Assembly (NCBI GenBank): GCA_029941315.1
Contig: JAPYQE010000003.1
Location: forward strand, 5,965 to 69,964
Length of the DNA: 64,000 bases
Reading direction: 5' to 3'
Origin: Candidatus Latescibacterota bacterium
GTDB taxonomy: Bacteria > Latescibacterota > UBA2968 > UBA8231
Positions 38,275 through 49,135 of the stretch are shown piece after piece (position 1 is the stretch's first letter; each line of letters begins with the position of its first letter). The notes below the pieces were generated by a model that saw nothing but the letters and a program-made list of their open reading frames with translations, made no database searches and was not told the DNA's origin. A program made the position numbers and the translations under genes.

Positions 38275-39628
38275 TCCCAATACAGAATTCAGAGAAGATC
38301 GAATCAAGAACATCCTCGTCTGTGTTTTCACCAAGCATTTCACCAAGACTCGATAGAGCCTCTCGAAGTTCAAAGACCACGCATTCATCTGGTTGCCCGG
38401 ATACAAGGAGCTCTATTGCGGCAGTCGCTGATTTGACTACGCGAAAAAGACAGTCCTGGTGACGTTGTCGAGAAATCCCGATGCCGTCTACATCTTTCGA
38501 CAGAGGTCTGCGGCGAGATGTTTCTCTCTTTAAATCATCGATCCCTAACTCCGTAAGTGCTGAAATTTCAACGACTGACGAGCTTTGTTTTTCGAACTTT
38601 GTTCGATCAAAAAGAGGGGCCAAATCGAGCTTGTTAAAAATGAAAATAGATTTCTCAAATGGAAGAAGGTCCAATACCACTTGGTCATCGTCGCACCAAG
38701 GCGCCGAACTATCGAAAATCGCAAATACTATATCTGCTTCCTGAGCAATCCTAGCAGCGCGCTTGATACCCTCAATCTCTATGGGATCGTCCGTTTGGCG
38801 AACTCCAGCCGTATCAACAAGCCGAACGGTATCACCAGACCAGATGGTCCGGCCTTCCACTAAATCCCGTGTCGTTCCGGGTATGGGGGTGACAATCGCT
38901 CGGTCTTCACCCAGAAGAGTATTGAGCAAGGTAGACTTACCAACATTAGGTCGCCCCAAAAGCGCAATAAGGTAGCCTTCTTGCCGGCGTTTCGTTCCTT
39001 CGAATGTCTCGGCCAATCGACTCGACAAATCTACAACTTCCCGCAACGAGTCTTGTATGGCCTGTCGGCCAAAATCGTCAATGTCTTCTTCGGAGAAATC
39101 AAGACCTATTTCAAGCAGAGACAGGCCCCTAACAACCTGTTTTTTAAGTGCCCTAACCATTTCTGAAAGACGACCACCTGCCTGGCCATAGGCGTTTTCA
39201 AGCGAGGCTTTAGATGAAGCCTGGATAAGATCGATTACAGCTTCTGCTTCTATTAAGTCTAATCGACCGTTCAGATAGGCCCGCCGTGTAAACTCTCCGG
39301 GCTCTGCACTCGTCGCGCCGAGTCGGAGAGCTTCTCCAACAACAGACTCCAATATCAACATGCTGCCATGACAGCTAATTTCTACCGTATCTTCGCCTGT
39401 ATAGGAATGAGGAGCTATGAAAAACCATGCAACACCTGTATCGATGGATTGGCCTCCTGCCCAGATCTGTCCATATTCGACATGCCGGACCCGTTGACCC
39501 AGAGGCGGTTGGGAACGGAACATCTGCTGACTGATAGGTAGGGCCTTAGGACCACTTAGACGCACGATCCCGATCCCGCCCTCCCCTTTTGGCGTAGAGA
39601 TGGCGACAATCGTATCGGTCTGTATCAC
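38270..39628 (-). CDS. mnmE: tRNA modification GTPase MnmE (TrmE)
   Basis: G-domain motifs (GRPNVGKSTLLN, DTAG) and the C-terminal ...CIGK. Confidence 0.9.
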   Translation of the reverse strand: MIQTDTIVAISTPKGEGGIGIVRLSGPKALPISQQMFRSQPPLGQRVRHVEYGQIWAGGQSIDTGVAWFFIAPHSYTGEDTVEISCHGSMLILESVVGEALRLGATSAEPGEFTRRAYLNGRLDLIEAEAVIDLIQASSKASLENAYGQAGGRLSEMVRALKKQVVRGLSLLEIGLDFSEEDIDDFGRQAIQDSLREVVDLSSRLAETFEGTKRRQEGYLIALLGRPNVGKSTLLNTLLGEDRAIVTPIPGTTRDLVEGRTIWSGDTVRLVDTAGVRQTDDPIEIEGIKRAARIAQEADIVFAIFDSSAPWCDDDQVVLDLLPFEKSIFIFNKLDLAPLFDRTKFEKQSSSVVEISALTELGIDDLKRETSRRRPLSKDVDGIGISRQRHQDCLFRVVKSATAAIELLVSGQPDECVVFELREALSSLGEMLGENTDEDVLDSIFSEFCIGK

Positions 39629-39655
39629 AGGTTAGCTCCGGGAGGAACTGGGGAG

Positions 39656-41350
39656 TTAAGCAGCAGCATCCTTCTTAAAATAGTTGACTAGCAGCTGTTG
39701 GCCGATCGTCAAGACATTGAAGATTGTCCAGTAGAGGACTAGCCCAGATGACATGCTCCAGAAGATGAAGATCATCATTACCGGCATCATATAAACAAGC
39801 ATCGCCTGCTTGGGATCCTTCATCGTCATCTTCTGCTGAACGAACATAGAGACCGACATTAATAGAGGAAGGACATGGAGTCCAAAGCCTGCGATAAACA
39901 GTTCATCAGGTAGGGAAAGATCTTGTATCCAGAGGGTGAAGGGCGCCTGGCGAAGCTCTATGGTCTTGCCAAAGAGATTATAAAGCGACATGAAAATGGG
40001 CATCTGCAACAGCAAAGGAAGACAGCCCCCCAAGGGGTTAACCCCTTCTTTCTTATAGAGATCCATTGTCTCACGGCTAAGCCGCTGGTTGTCGTTTTTA
40101 TACTTCTCGCGCAACGCCGTGATTTTAGGCTGGAGCTCCTGCATTCTCGCAGCCGACTCGTAGGTTTTATGAGTCAACGGATAAACGATGATTTTAATTA
40201 CTAGGGCAAAGAGAATGATCAGCCAACCATAATTGGGGATATACTGATGGGCTGCAATAAGGAGAATTAGGAGAAACCGACTAACCTGGCTAACGATAGG
40301 CCAGCCAAAATCTATAGTTTGCTCAAGTTCAGCGTTATAGTCAATAAGCTCATCGTAGTCTAGAGGCCCAAGATAGACTGTGCTTTTCCAGGACCCAGAT
40401 CGTTCGAGTCGCCGGCCAATTTGAATCGAATAGTCCGGCAGAAGCCGAGTTCCTTGTCGATCGCCTGAAAGAAAGACACTTGTTCGTTGTTCACTATCGC
40501 TTGGAATATAGGAAATAAGGAAATATTTGTTACGGATACCCGCCCATTTCACGGCACCTTTGTCCGACAAGGTTTCGGCTTCTCCGTCACCCAATAAGAG
40601 CTCGAGCCGTTCTTCGTTTATATAGGCAAAAGCCCGTGTTTCGGGCAGGTCGATGTCAGGTTCACGTTCAGTAAAAGCAATGCCATTTTCCCAGGCAAGA
40701 ATCGCTTCAGTGTCATCGTCAAATCCTTCATAGCGCAATTCAAGATCAACGCCATACCGATCTCCGTAAAATGTCAAAACTTTCTCAAGCCGCTTACCAC
40801 CGTCCAACTCAGCAACTAATGATAAAGAACGCTCTTCCCCAGCCTCAACACGAAGATTGGATTGGGGACTAGAAAACTCGATCGAGGAGAGGTCTACTCT
40901 TTCATTTGCCTGTTGTAAATAAATGCCCAAGCCCATACCACCCTGAGGGACGAGCTCGACCATCTCTTCGTCTATAATGTTATATTTTAAAAGCTTGCAT
41001 GAAGTAATAACCCCGCCTTCAGTTGAAAGTATAAGTTCCTGAAGTGGGGTCCGAACGACGATATCACTCGGGGTGAAAGACGTTGCAACTTCGGAGATTT
41101 CCCGAGCAAGAGGCCGAGGAGTGGACGAGGTGGGCTCTGATTGGGGTTGCTGAATTAACTCGGGCTTTTGTTTGGGTTGGGGTTGGCCCTCGACTGGCTC
41201 AGCAGATTTATCTTGGACTTGCGGTGCTTGCTCTAATGTTGGCTCTCCAAGAGGAGTCGGGTTTAATCCCATCCACTCATTGTAGTAGGGAAGCAAGAGG
41301 AATATCAGGCCAATAACGAGAAAGGCAAACAGAGTCCGCTTATCTTCCAT
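39656..41350 (-). CDS. yidC: membrane protein insertase YidC
   Basis: N-terminal TM, a large periplasmic domain with a Gln/Pro-rich linker, and the C-terminal five-TM YidC/Oxa1 core (…LPLLLQMPIFMSLY…). Confidence 0.9.
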   Translation of the reverse strand: MEDKRTLFAFLVIGLIFLLLPYYNEWMGLNPTPLGEPTLEQAPQVQDKSAEPVEGQPQPKQKPELIQQPQSEPTSSTPRPLAREISEVATSFTPSDIVVRTPLQELILSTEGGVITSCKLLKYNIIDEEMVELVPQGGMGLGIYLQQANERVDLSSIEFSSPQSNLRVEAGEERSLSLVAELDGGKRLEKVLTFYGDRYGVDLELRYEGFDDDTEAILAWENGIAFTEREPDIDLPETRAFAYINEERLELLLGDGEAETLSDKGAVKWAGIRNKYFLISYIPSDSEQRTSVFLSGDRQGTRLLPDYSIQIGRRLERSGSWKSTVYLGPLDYDELIDYNAELEQTIDFGWPIVSQVSRFLLILLIAAHQYIPNYGWLIILFALVIKIIVYPLTHKTYESAARMQELQPKITALREKYKNDNQRLSRETMDLYKKEGVNPLGGCLPLLLQMPIFMSLYNLFGKTIELRQAPFTLWIQDLSLPDELFIAGFGLHVLPLLMSVSMFVQQKMTMKDPKQAMLVYMMPVMMIFIFWSMSSGLVLYWTIFNVLTIGQQLLVNYFKKDAAA

Positions 41351-41407
41351 AATAATAGATTACCCTTTTATAAACAATAAGTTGCAATGATTCGTATAAT
41401 AATAGAT

Positions 41408-41617
41408 TTAATGTACAGGATCGTGCCCATGCCCACCCCAAGGATGGCATCGACTTATTCGTTTTACCGCGAGGAATCCTCCTTTGAGAGCACCGTATTT
41501 ATTTAGAGCTTCCTCGGCATAGTCGGAGCACGTTGGTAGAAAACGACAAGAAGGAGGAAGAAATGGAGAAAGGAAAAGCCGGTAAAAACGAACGAGAAGT
41601 ATGGCGAAATGCTTCAT
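41408..41617 (-). CDS. yidD: membrane protein insertion efficiency factor YidD
   Basis: 69 aa with the conserved ...[30 protein letters not shown] core. Confidence 0.85.
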   Translation of the reverse strand: MKHFAILLVRFYRLFLSPFLPPSCRFLPTCSDYAEEALNKYGALKGGFLAVKRISRCHPWGGHGHDPVH

Positions 41618-41910
41618 TGAGGAGATATCGGGAGTCTTGGAACCAAAGAGTCCAGTTCCCTCTGCAAATCGGCGTAAGGAGCATTAACAGCCGAGGCTTG
41701 GCAGAAAACAACTAGCGCATTGGGAAAGAAAGGGCGACTACGACAAATGCTACGCAGGCGACGTTTAAGCCTATTGCGCTTTACTGCATTGCCTAGTTTG
41801 CGACGGACGACGAAAACTTGACCACGGGAAGCAGCACCCCTATGGGACTGGCCACCACTTCCATTACGGTCAGAGCGAATCCAGAGACATTGGCCCCTTA
41901 TCCAGGCCAT
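41614..41910 (-). CDS. rnpA: ribonuclease P protein component (short form)
   Basis: The RNR-motif region [22 protein letters not shown] is conserved. The N-terminus is shorter than and diverged from E. coli RnpA. The gene lies between rpmH and yidD as expected. Confidence 0.65.
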   Translation of the reverse strand: MAWIRGQCLWIRSDRNGSGGQSHRGAASRGQVFVVRRKLGNAVKRNRLKRRLRSICRSRPFFPNALVVFCQASAVNAPYADLQRELDSLVPRLPISPQ

Positions 41911-41916
41911 CGTGAA

Positions 41917-42051
41917 TTATACGGCCAGGCGTTTGCGGCCTCTTCTACGGCGGCGATTAAGAATATTGCGGCCAGCCGGAGTGCTCATGCGCTTGCGGAA
42001 ACCATGCTTGTTACGACGTTTTCTGTTGCTGGGCTGAAATGTACGTTTCAC
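41917..42051 (-). CDS. rpmH: 50S ribosomal protein L34 (44 aa, GTG start)
   Basis: Not in the ORF track because it is under 60 aa. It translates to (M)[43 protein letters not shown], the canonical L34, 6 nt upstream of rnpA. Confidence 0.85.
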   Translation of the reverse strand: MKRTFQPSNRKRRNKHGFRKRMSTPAGRNILNRRRRRGRKRLAV

Positions 42052-42245
42052 AATAAAAATCCTGTTTTAATGATCATGGTGGAAACAGACTAATTTAGCG
42101 GCAATTTCAGTTGGTGTCAATTTTTTTTAACTCTTTGTCTATGAAGGAATTTCAAGAACAAATTACACAGGAGGCTCTTGACGATCAATCCCATTTTCCA
42201 TAGGTTAAAAATTCTTCCCCAAATCCTGAATTAGAGCACAAGAAA

Positions 42246-43721
42246 ATGACGTTGGAAACACAGGATCCCCATGAACTGTGGGCCCAGTGTCTGCTCAATA
42301 TAGAGCGGCAGGTTCGCCCCCAGAGTTTTAGTAATTGGTTCCGTCCTACGCTAGTAAACCGCTTTGACGAGGATCAATTAATAATCCAGGTTCCCAGTCT
42401 ATTCTTTGCAGATTGGGTAGAAAACCACTACCTGGCAATGATCCAATTAGCCGTTAAAGAAGAGACCGCGCTCGTTCCCAAAGTCTCTTTTGTGGTCGAA
42501 CAGGCGTCAGAGCTTCAGCAAAAGGCTCTAAACCCTACCTCTGCATCAAATCAATTACACCAGATGCACAAACCGGATCAAGCTCAACCCGATCGATCTA
42601 TTCAGACAAGCCCTGTAGAGCCTATAAAGACTTTAGATCCACCTGAGGCCAGTGCAAATGTATCTAAGTCAGCCCCAACGCAACCATCAACACTCAATGA
42701 ACGCTATATTTTTGATGATTTCGTAATTGGGGAAGGCAATCGTTTTGCCCATGCTGCGGCATTAGCCGTTGCCAAGTCGCCAGGGAAAACCCAGTTCAAT
42801 CCATTAGTGATCTATGGAGCTGTGGGCTTAGGGAAAACCCATCTATTGCAAGCTATAGGCCACCACGCCCGTAGTCTCAACTTAGTGCAAAAAGTCGTTT
42901 ACGTGCCTTCGGAAAAGTTTATGAGCGATTTTATTGAATCGCTAAAGAACCGCAATACCAGTGAATTTCAAAAATCTTACCGCAGCGTAGACATACTATT
43001 AGTAGACGATATCCAATTCCTACTACGTGGCGAACAAACGCAGAGCGAATTCTTTCATACGTTCAACGCTTTGCATCAGGATGGCAAACAGATCGTGATG
43101 ACTTGCGATAGTCCACCAGGCCAACTAGAAGGATTAGAGGAAAGACTAATCTCTCGTTTCCAGTGGGGATTAGTGACACCAATAGAACCACCTGATCTAG
43201 AGACTCGTATTGCGATCCTCCATCAAAAAGCAGAGCGCACTGGAATATTGCTTTCAGATGATGTTGCTGCCTTTCTTGGGAGTTATATAAGCAGTAATGT
43301 TCGCGAATTAGAAGGTGGATTGATACATCTAATGGCTTATTGCTCAATTCATAAGACAGAATTGACGATAGAAGCCGCTAAGCAGATTGTACAAGCTAGG
43401 GGTCCCGATCAAACATCTGATTTGAACATTGAGGCAATTCAACAACATATCGCTGATCACTTCAATCTGACATTAAACCAACTAATTGGGAAAGGGCGTA
43501 AACAGGATATTACAGCTGCTCGTCACATCGCCATGTTCCTATCTAAGCGCCTTACTAAGAATCCCCTCAAAATGATCGGTTTACATTTCGGCAATCGCGA
43601 TCATAGCACGGTCATCCATGCTGTTCGTACCGTCGAAAAGAAGTGCAAGAATGATCCCTCTTTCGCTCGAATTGTAGAAGATTTATCCGAAACCATCCGC
43701 AGACAACACCCCCCTACATAA
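42246..43721 (+). CDS. dnaA: chromosomal replication initiator protein DnaA
   Basis: AAA+ Walker A GAVGLGKTHLLQA, Walker B VDDIQF, sensor motifs, and the C-terminal DnaA-box-binding domain (…LIGKGRKQDITAARHIAMFLSK…). Confidence 0.95.
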   Translation: MTLETQDPHELWAQCLLNIERQVRPQSFSNWFRPTLVNRFDEDQLIIQVPSLFFADWVENHYLAMIQLAVKEETALVPKVSFVVEQASELQQKALNPTSASNQLHQMHKPDQAQPDRSIQTSPVEPIKTLDPPEASANVSKSAPTQPSTLNERYIFDDFVIGEGNRFAHAAALAVAKSPGKTQFNPLVIYGAVGLGKTHLLQAIGHHARSLNLVQKVVYVPSEKFMSDFIESLKNRNTSEFQKSYRSVDILLVDDIQFLLRGEQTQSEFFHTFNALHQDGKQIVMTCDSPPGQLEGLEERLISRFQWGLVTPIEPPDLETRIAILHQKAERTGILLSDDVAAFLGSYISSNVRELEGGLIHLMAYCSIHKTELTIEAAKQIVQARGPDQTSDLNIEAIQQHIADHFNLTLNQLIGKGRKQDITAARHIAMFLSKRLTKNPLKMIGLHFGNRDHSTVIHAVRTVEKKCKNDPSFARIVEDLSETIRRQHPPT

Positions 43722-43978
43722 TCCCCCTCCAGCTTCAGCTGAAATTTTCCTAATAGTTCCGCCTAGTTCCGCCCTAAGCGAATATCAAATATCAATAAAA
43801 ACGTTGTATCTGGGCATCTCCTTAGAATTTCAAAATAACCCGATCAGCTAATCTTATACCATCAAGTATTGCCATCTCGGAAGCCCGTACTCAATGAGAT
43901 TGACAATAATTGAACTCATTGCTTTTCGGATTCCCTCATATATTGTGCCATATTGACAGTGGAAAAGTATCAACATCA

Positions 43979-44195
43979 TTATCCACATCATAGGGCCGAT
44001 GAAGTGTGGATAAGTTCAAATCGACGTTATTAATACTCTAAGTGTGGTTGTTTACGTGTATATCTCATCTTATACACGCTCTTATTCACAGAGAATTATA
44101 GATTAATTTAGACTTTATGTGCTTACCCTAACCTTTTTTAATTTAAACCTCTTTTGCGTCATCTAACGCTTGCGCTTTTTTAAAGGTTATCCACA
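43979..44195. promoter_or_regulatory. DnaA-box cluster (putative oriC core) in the dnaA-dnaN intergenic region
   Basis: Three perfect consensus boxes TTATCCACA at 43979-43987 (+), 44005-44013 (- orientation, tgtggataa) and 44187-44195 (+). Two one- or two-mismatch boxes are at 44069-44090. Confidence 0.7.
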
Positions 44196-44339
44196 TATCA
44201 ACACTACTACTAGAACTTCTATAAATAAAAGAACACCGTTTAGTGTATATTCTTTCTATTTAGAGGTGTGGGAAACCCGGGCATACGGCACACACCCTAC
44301 TCCTTTATTTATACACACATGACCATATGTTCAGTATTC

Positions 44340-44440
44340 GGGGGCTGAGAACTAAAAATTTATATCCTTGGTCTAAAATCTTTATTAATTATTGTTTATA
44401 AAAGGCTTATGTTGTTATATTTGAAAGATAACATGTCGAC
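44340..44440. other. AT-rich DNA-unwinding-element candidate of oriC
   Basis: About 80% A+T over 100 bp (…aaaaatttatatccttggtctaaaatctttattaattattgtttataaaagg…), downstream of the DnaA boxes and upstream of dnaN. Confidence 0.5.
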
Positions 44441-44538
44441 TAAATTAATGAACGAGACCTAATATAAATGAACTTGACACGGTATGAATATAGGCTAAAT
44501 TATATAGGAAAGCACAAAAACGAGGATGATATACAAGT

Positions 44539-45702
44539 ATGAAGCTAACTGTAGATCGCAATAAGTTGTGGCAAGGCATCGATACCGTGTTAGATGTAGT
44601 CCCCTCTAAACCGGCTCTTCCAGTTTTGGCAAATATTCTGCTCGAGGCCGATGGGAATACTCTGTCACTGGCGGCGACGGATTTAGATTTGTCGATCCGC
44701 ACTGAGATACCAGCTGCAATAGAAAAGAAAGGTCGAATTACTGTACCGGCCCGTACACTGGCAGAGATCACCCGAGAATGGCCCGACGCCGAATTGAGTA
44801 TAGAAGTCCAAGACGATCGTTTAAAGCTCTCAGGACGGCTTGGAGAGGGCGACAGCAGCGAAGGAGCCTATAGTCTCTCGGGTATGGAGGCAGATGAGTT
44901 TCCCAGTATGCCGACATCCCTCGAGGGGGTGGGTCTGACGCTTGGCGAGAACGAAGCAGATACAAGTGTTTTGGTTGATATGATCAATAAAACGGCTTTT
45001 GCTGTTTCTCGGGATGATACGCGCCCAGTGCTCAATGGCGTGCTCTGGCGCATCGATAGCCAAGGCATGCAAATGGTTGCTACCGACGGATCTCGCTTAG
45101 CTTGTTATAAATTGGCAATCGACTTAGAGGACCAGGTAAAAGGCGACGAAGAATCTTCCGTTATCGTCCCACCTCGAGCTCTGAGCCAGATCGTCAAGCT
45201 ATTGGGTGGTCAAGATGGGCCGGTTAAAATAACCTTGGGTGAAACACAGGTCCTATTTGATATGGGCCACAAAAAATTATTGTCACGGCTTATCGAAGGC
45301 CCATATGTCGATTATGGTCAAGTTATACCTCAGAACAACGAAAAAGAGTTGAGAATAGCTAGCGAAGATCTTCTGCCAGCAGTGCGCCGTGTATCTATTC
45401 TTTCCAGCTCGTATACTCGGCAGGTGCGTTTCAAGCTGACTAGCGGCCAGGTTGAGTTGTCGGCCGCTAGTCCTGAAATCGGGGGTGAAGCAAGGGAAGT
45501 TATTCCGGCCCAATATACAGAAGATGAGATGGAAATCGGCTACAACGCCCAGTATTTGATTGAAATTCTCCGCAAAATGGATACGAACGAGGTTCGTTTC
45601 GAGCTCGAAAATCACGTCACAGCAGCGCTTTTGCGACCAACAGAGCAAAAAGAGGGCGAAGATTACTTTTGTCTACTAATGCCCTTGCGACCGACTGGAT
45701 GA
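44539..45702 (+). CDS. dnaN: DNA polymerase III subunit beta (sliding clamp)
   Basis: Three-domain beta clamp, 387 aa (MKLTVDRNKL...), in the canonical position after dnaA. Confidence 0.9.
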   Translation: MKLTVDRNKLWQGIDTVLDVVPSKPALPVLANILLEADGNTLSLAATDLDLSIRTEIPAAIEKKGRITVPARTLAEITREWPDAELSIEVQDDRLKLSGRLGEGDSSEGAYSLSGMEADEFPSMPTSLEGVGLTLGENEADTSVLVDMINKTAFAVSRDDTRPVLNGVLWRIDSQGMQMVATDGSRLACYKLAIDLEDQVKGDEESSVIVPPRALSQIVKLLGGQDGPVKITLGETQVLFDMGHKKLLSRLIEGPYVDYGQVIPQNNEKELRIASEDLLPAVRRVSILSSSYTRQVRFKLTSGQVELSAASPEIGGEAREVIPAQYTEDEMEIGYNAQYLIEILRKMDTNEVRFELENHVTAALLRPTEQKEGEDYFCLLMPLRPTG

Positions 45703-45718
45703 GCTAAGCAGACGCAAA

Positions 45719-46807
45719 GTGCGGATTCGTGAGTTAATTCTGAGGCCTTTCCGCAATCTTGCCGCGTTCCAGCTGAATTTTGCGGCGGATAATGCACTGG
45801 TCTTTGGCCCAAATGGCCGTGGTAAAAGCAATATTCTGGAGGCGATTTCCTATTTATCGATAGGCAAATCAGTGCGTGGGGCGAAAGATCCACAAGCTGT
45901 GCCGCACGGCGAAGAGTTCTTTGACATTCAAGCGATATGCACCGATGAACGTCACGATCATCAGTTGAGAATCTTCTATGGCAAGAAAGAAGGCAAAAAA
46001 GCATTCGTAGATGCTAATCCCCTACCAAGGGTTTCGGATTTACTAGGCGTATTCCGCACTGTTCATTTTTCGCCCGAAGATGTATCACTGGTCTTGCGCT
46101 TCCCTGCTCAACGAAGGCGTCTTCTCGACATACTTATTTCGCAGTCTAGTGGGAGTTATTTGCGCGATCTGCAACGGTATAACCACGTGTTGACCCAGAG
46201 GAACCATCTATTGCGCGCGGCAAAAAAATCGAACCGAGGGCATGTAGACCGGCAGGTAATGGAACCATGGGATGCACAGTTGGTTGAATTAGGCGCTGGG
46301 ATTCGCAAATACCGTTTAGGAGCATTAGAAAAACTCAATGAGCCTTTCACTCGTTACTACGACCGCTTTTCGCCGGATAAAGAAGAAGCAGTAATCACTT
46401 ATCAAGGGGCAAAAGAAGGCGAGTTAGAAGCACTTCGTGCCGAGCTGAAGGAGGCACTTGAGCGCCGCAGAGATCAGGAGGCGCAAATGGGGCATACACT
46501 CAGCGGGCCTCATCGCGACGATTTAAAATTCACGTTAAACGGGGAATCGGCTGAAATCTACGCTTCAGAAGGTCAACTCAAAACTGTTTTGATCTCTTGG
46601 AAGCTCGCCGAAGCGCGCTATATGGAGGAACAAACGGGCCGCCAGCCCGTGTTGCTGTTGGATGATGTTTTCTCAGAGTTAGATCCCGGCCGAACAGGCA
46701 AATTACTGGACATAATCAATGAATTCGAACAAGTCATCGCGACGACGCCCCAAAAGCCCGACGCCCGCCAGGAATCCAGTTTCGAGCCGATCGACCTCCA
46801 AAAGTGA
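45719..46807 (+). CDS. recF: DNA replication and repair protein RecF (GTG start)
   Basis: Walker A GPNGRGKSNILEAI, signature/Walker B region LLLDDVFSELD, canonical neighbours. Confidence 0.9.
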   Translation: MRIRELILRPFRNLAAFQLNFAADNALVFGPNGRGKSNILEAISYLSIGKSVRGAKDPQAVPHGEEFFDIQAICTDERHDHQLRIFYGKKEGKKAFVDANPLPRVSDLLGVFRTVHFSPEDVSLVLRFPAQRRRLLDILISQSSGSYLRDLQRYNHVLTQRNHLLRAAKKSNRGHVDRQVMEPWDAQLVELGAGIRKYRLGALEKLNEPFTRYYDRFSPDKEEAVITYQGAKEGELEALRAELKEALERRRDQEAQMGHTLSGPHRDDLKFTLNGESAEIYASEGQLKTVLISWKLAEARYMEEQTGRQPVLLLDDVFSELDPGRTGKLLDIINEFEQVIATTPQKPDARQESSFEPIDLQK

Positions 46808-46835
46808 CGAACGTTCGTTAGGTTCGCCAACCTTA

Positions 46836-47126
46836 CTGGACGGTTTGCTCGAAAGCGTTATCGCGGAATTGGGAGCAGAGCAAAAGTTAGCTGAGTGCCG
46901 AGCGCGTATAGTTTGGGAGGAGGCGGTTGGGTCTGCGCTGGCTCAGCACGCCAGGCCATTGCGCGTGCGGCGCGGGCAATTAGAAATTGCCGTTCCATCG
47001 GCCGTATGGCGAACGCAGCTGAGTTTTATGCAGCGGGATATAATCGCGCGGATCAATCAGCTATTGGGGAGCGAGGTCGTGAAGGGGTTGCGATTGATGA
47101 ATCAGACTGAGTCGGAAGATGTATAA
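46836..47126 (+). CDS. DUF721 / DciA-like protein (start uncertain, no ATG)
   Basis: Conserved DUF721 core (…ARIVWEEAVGSALAQHARPLRVRRGQLEIAVPSAVWRTQLSFMQRDIIARINQ…) in the conserved recF-DUF721-gyrB position. The first ATG (46719) lies inside recF. The likely start is CTG 46836 or TTG 46845, after the recF stop. Confidence 0.6.
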   Translation: MDGLLESVIAELGAEQKLAECRARIVWEEAVGSALAQHARPLRVRRGQLEIAVPSAVWRTQLSFMQRDIIARINQLLGSEVVKGLRLMNQTESEDV

Positions 47127-47147
47127 AGTGCATAAAAGGAGAGGTAG

Positions 47148-49109
<1,962 letters not shown>

Positions 49110-49135
49110 CCATAGCCAAACCCCAAAGGTAGAGG

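Noticed and set aside
41818-42093. 91-aa plus-strand ORF upstream of dnaA
   Set aside because: It overlaps the minus-strand rpmH (canonical L34 sequence) and the rnpA start. No support.
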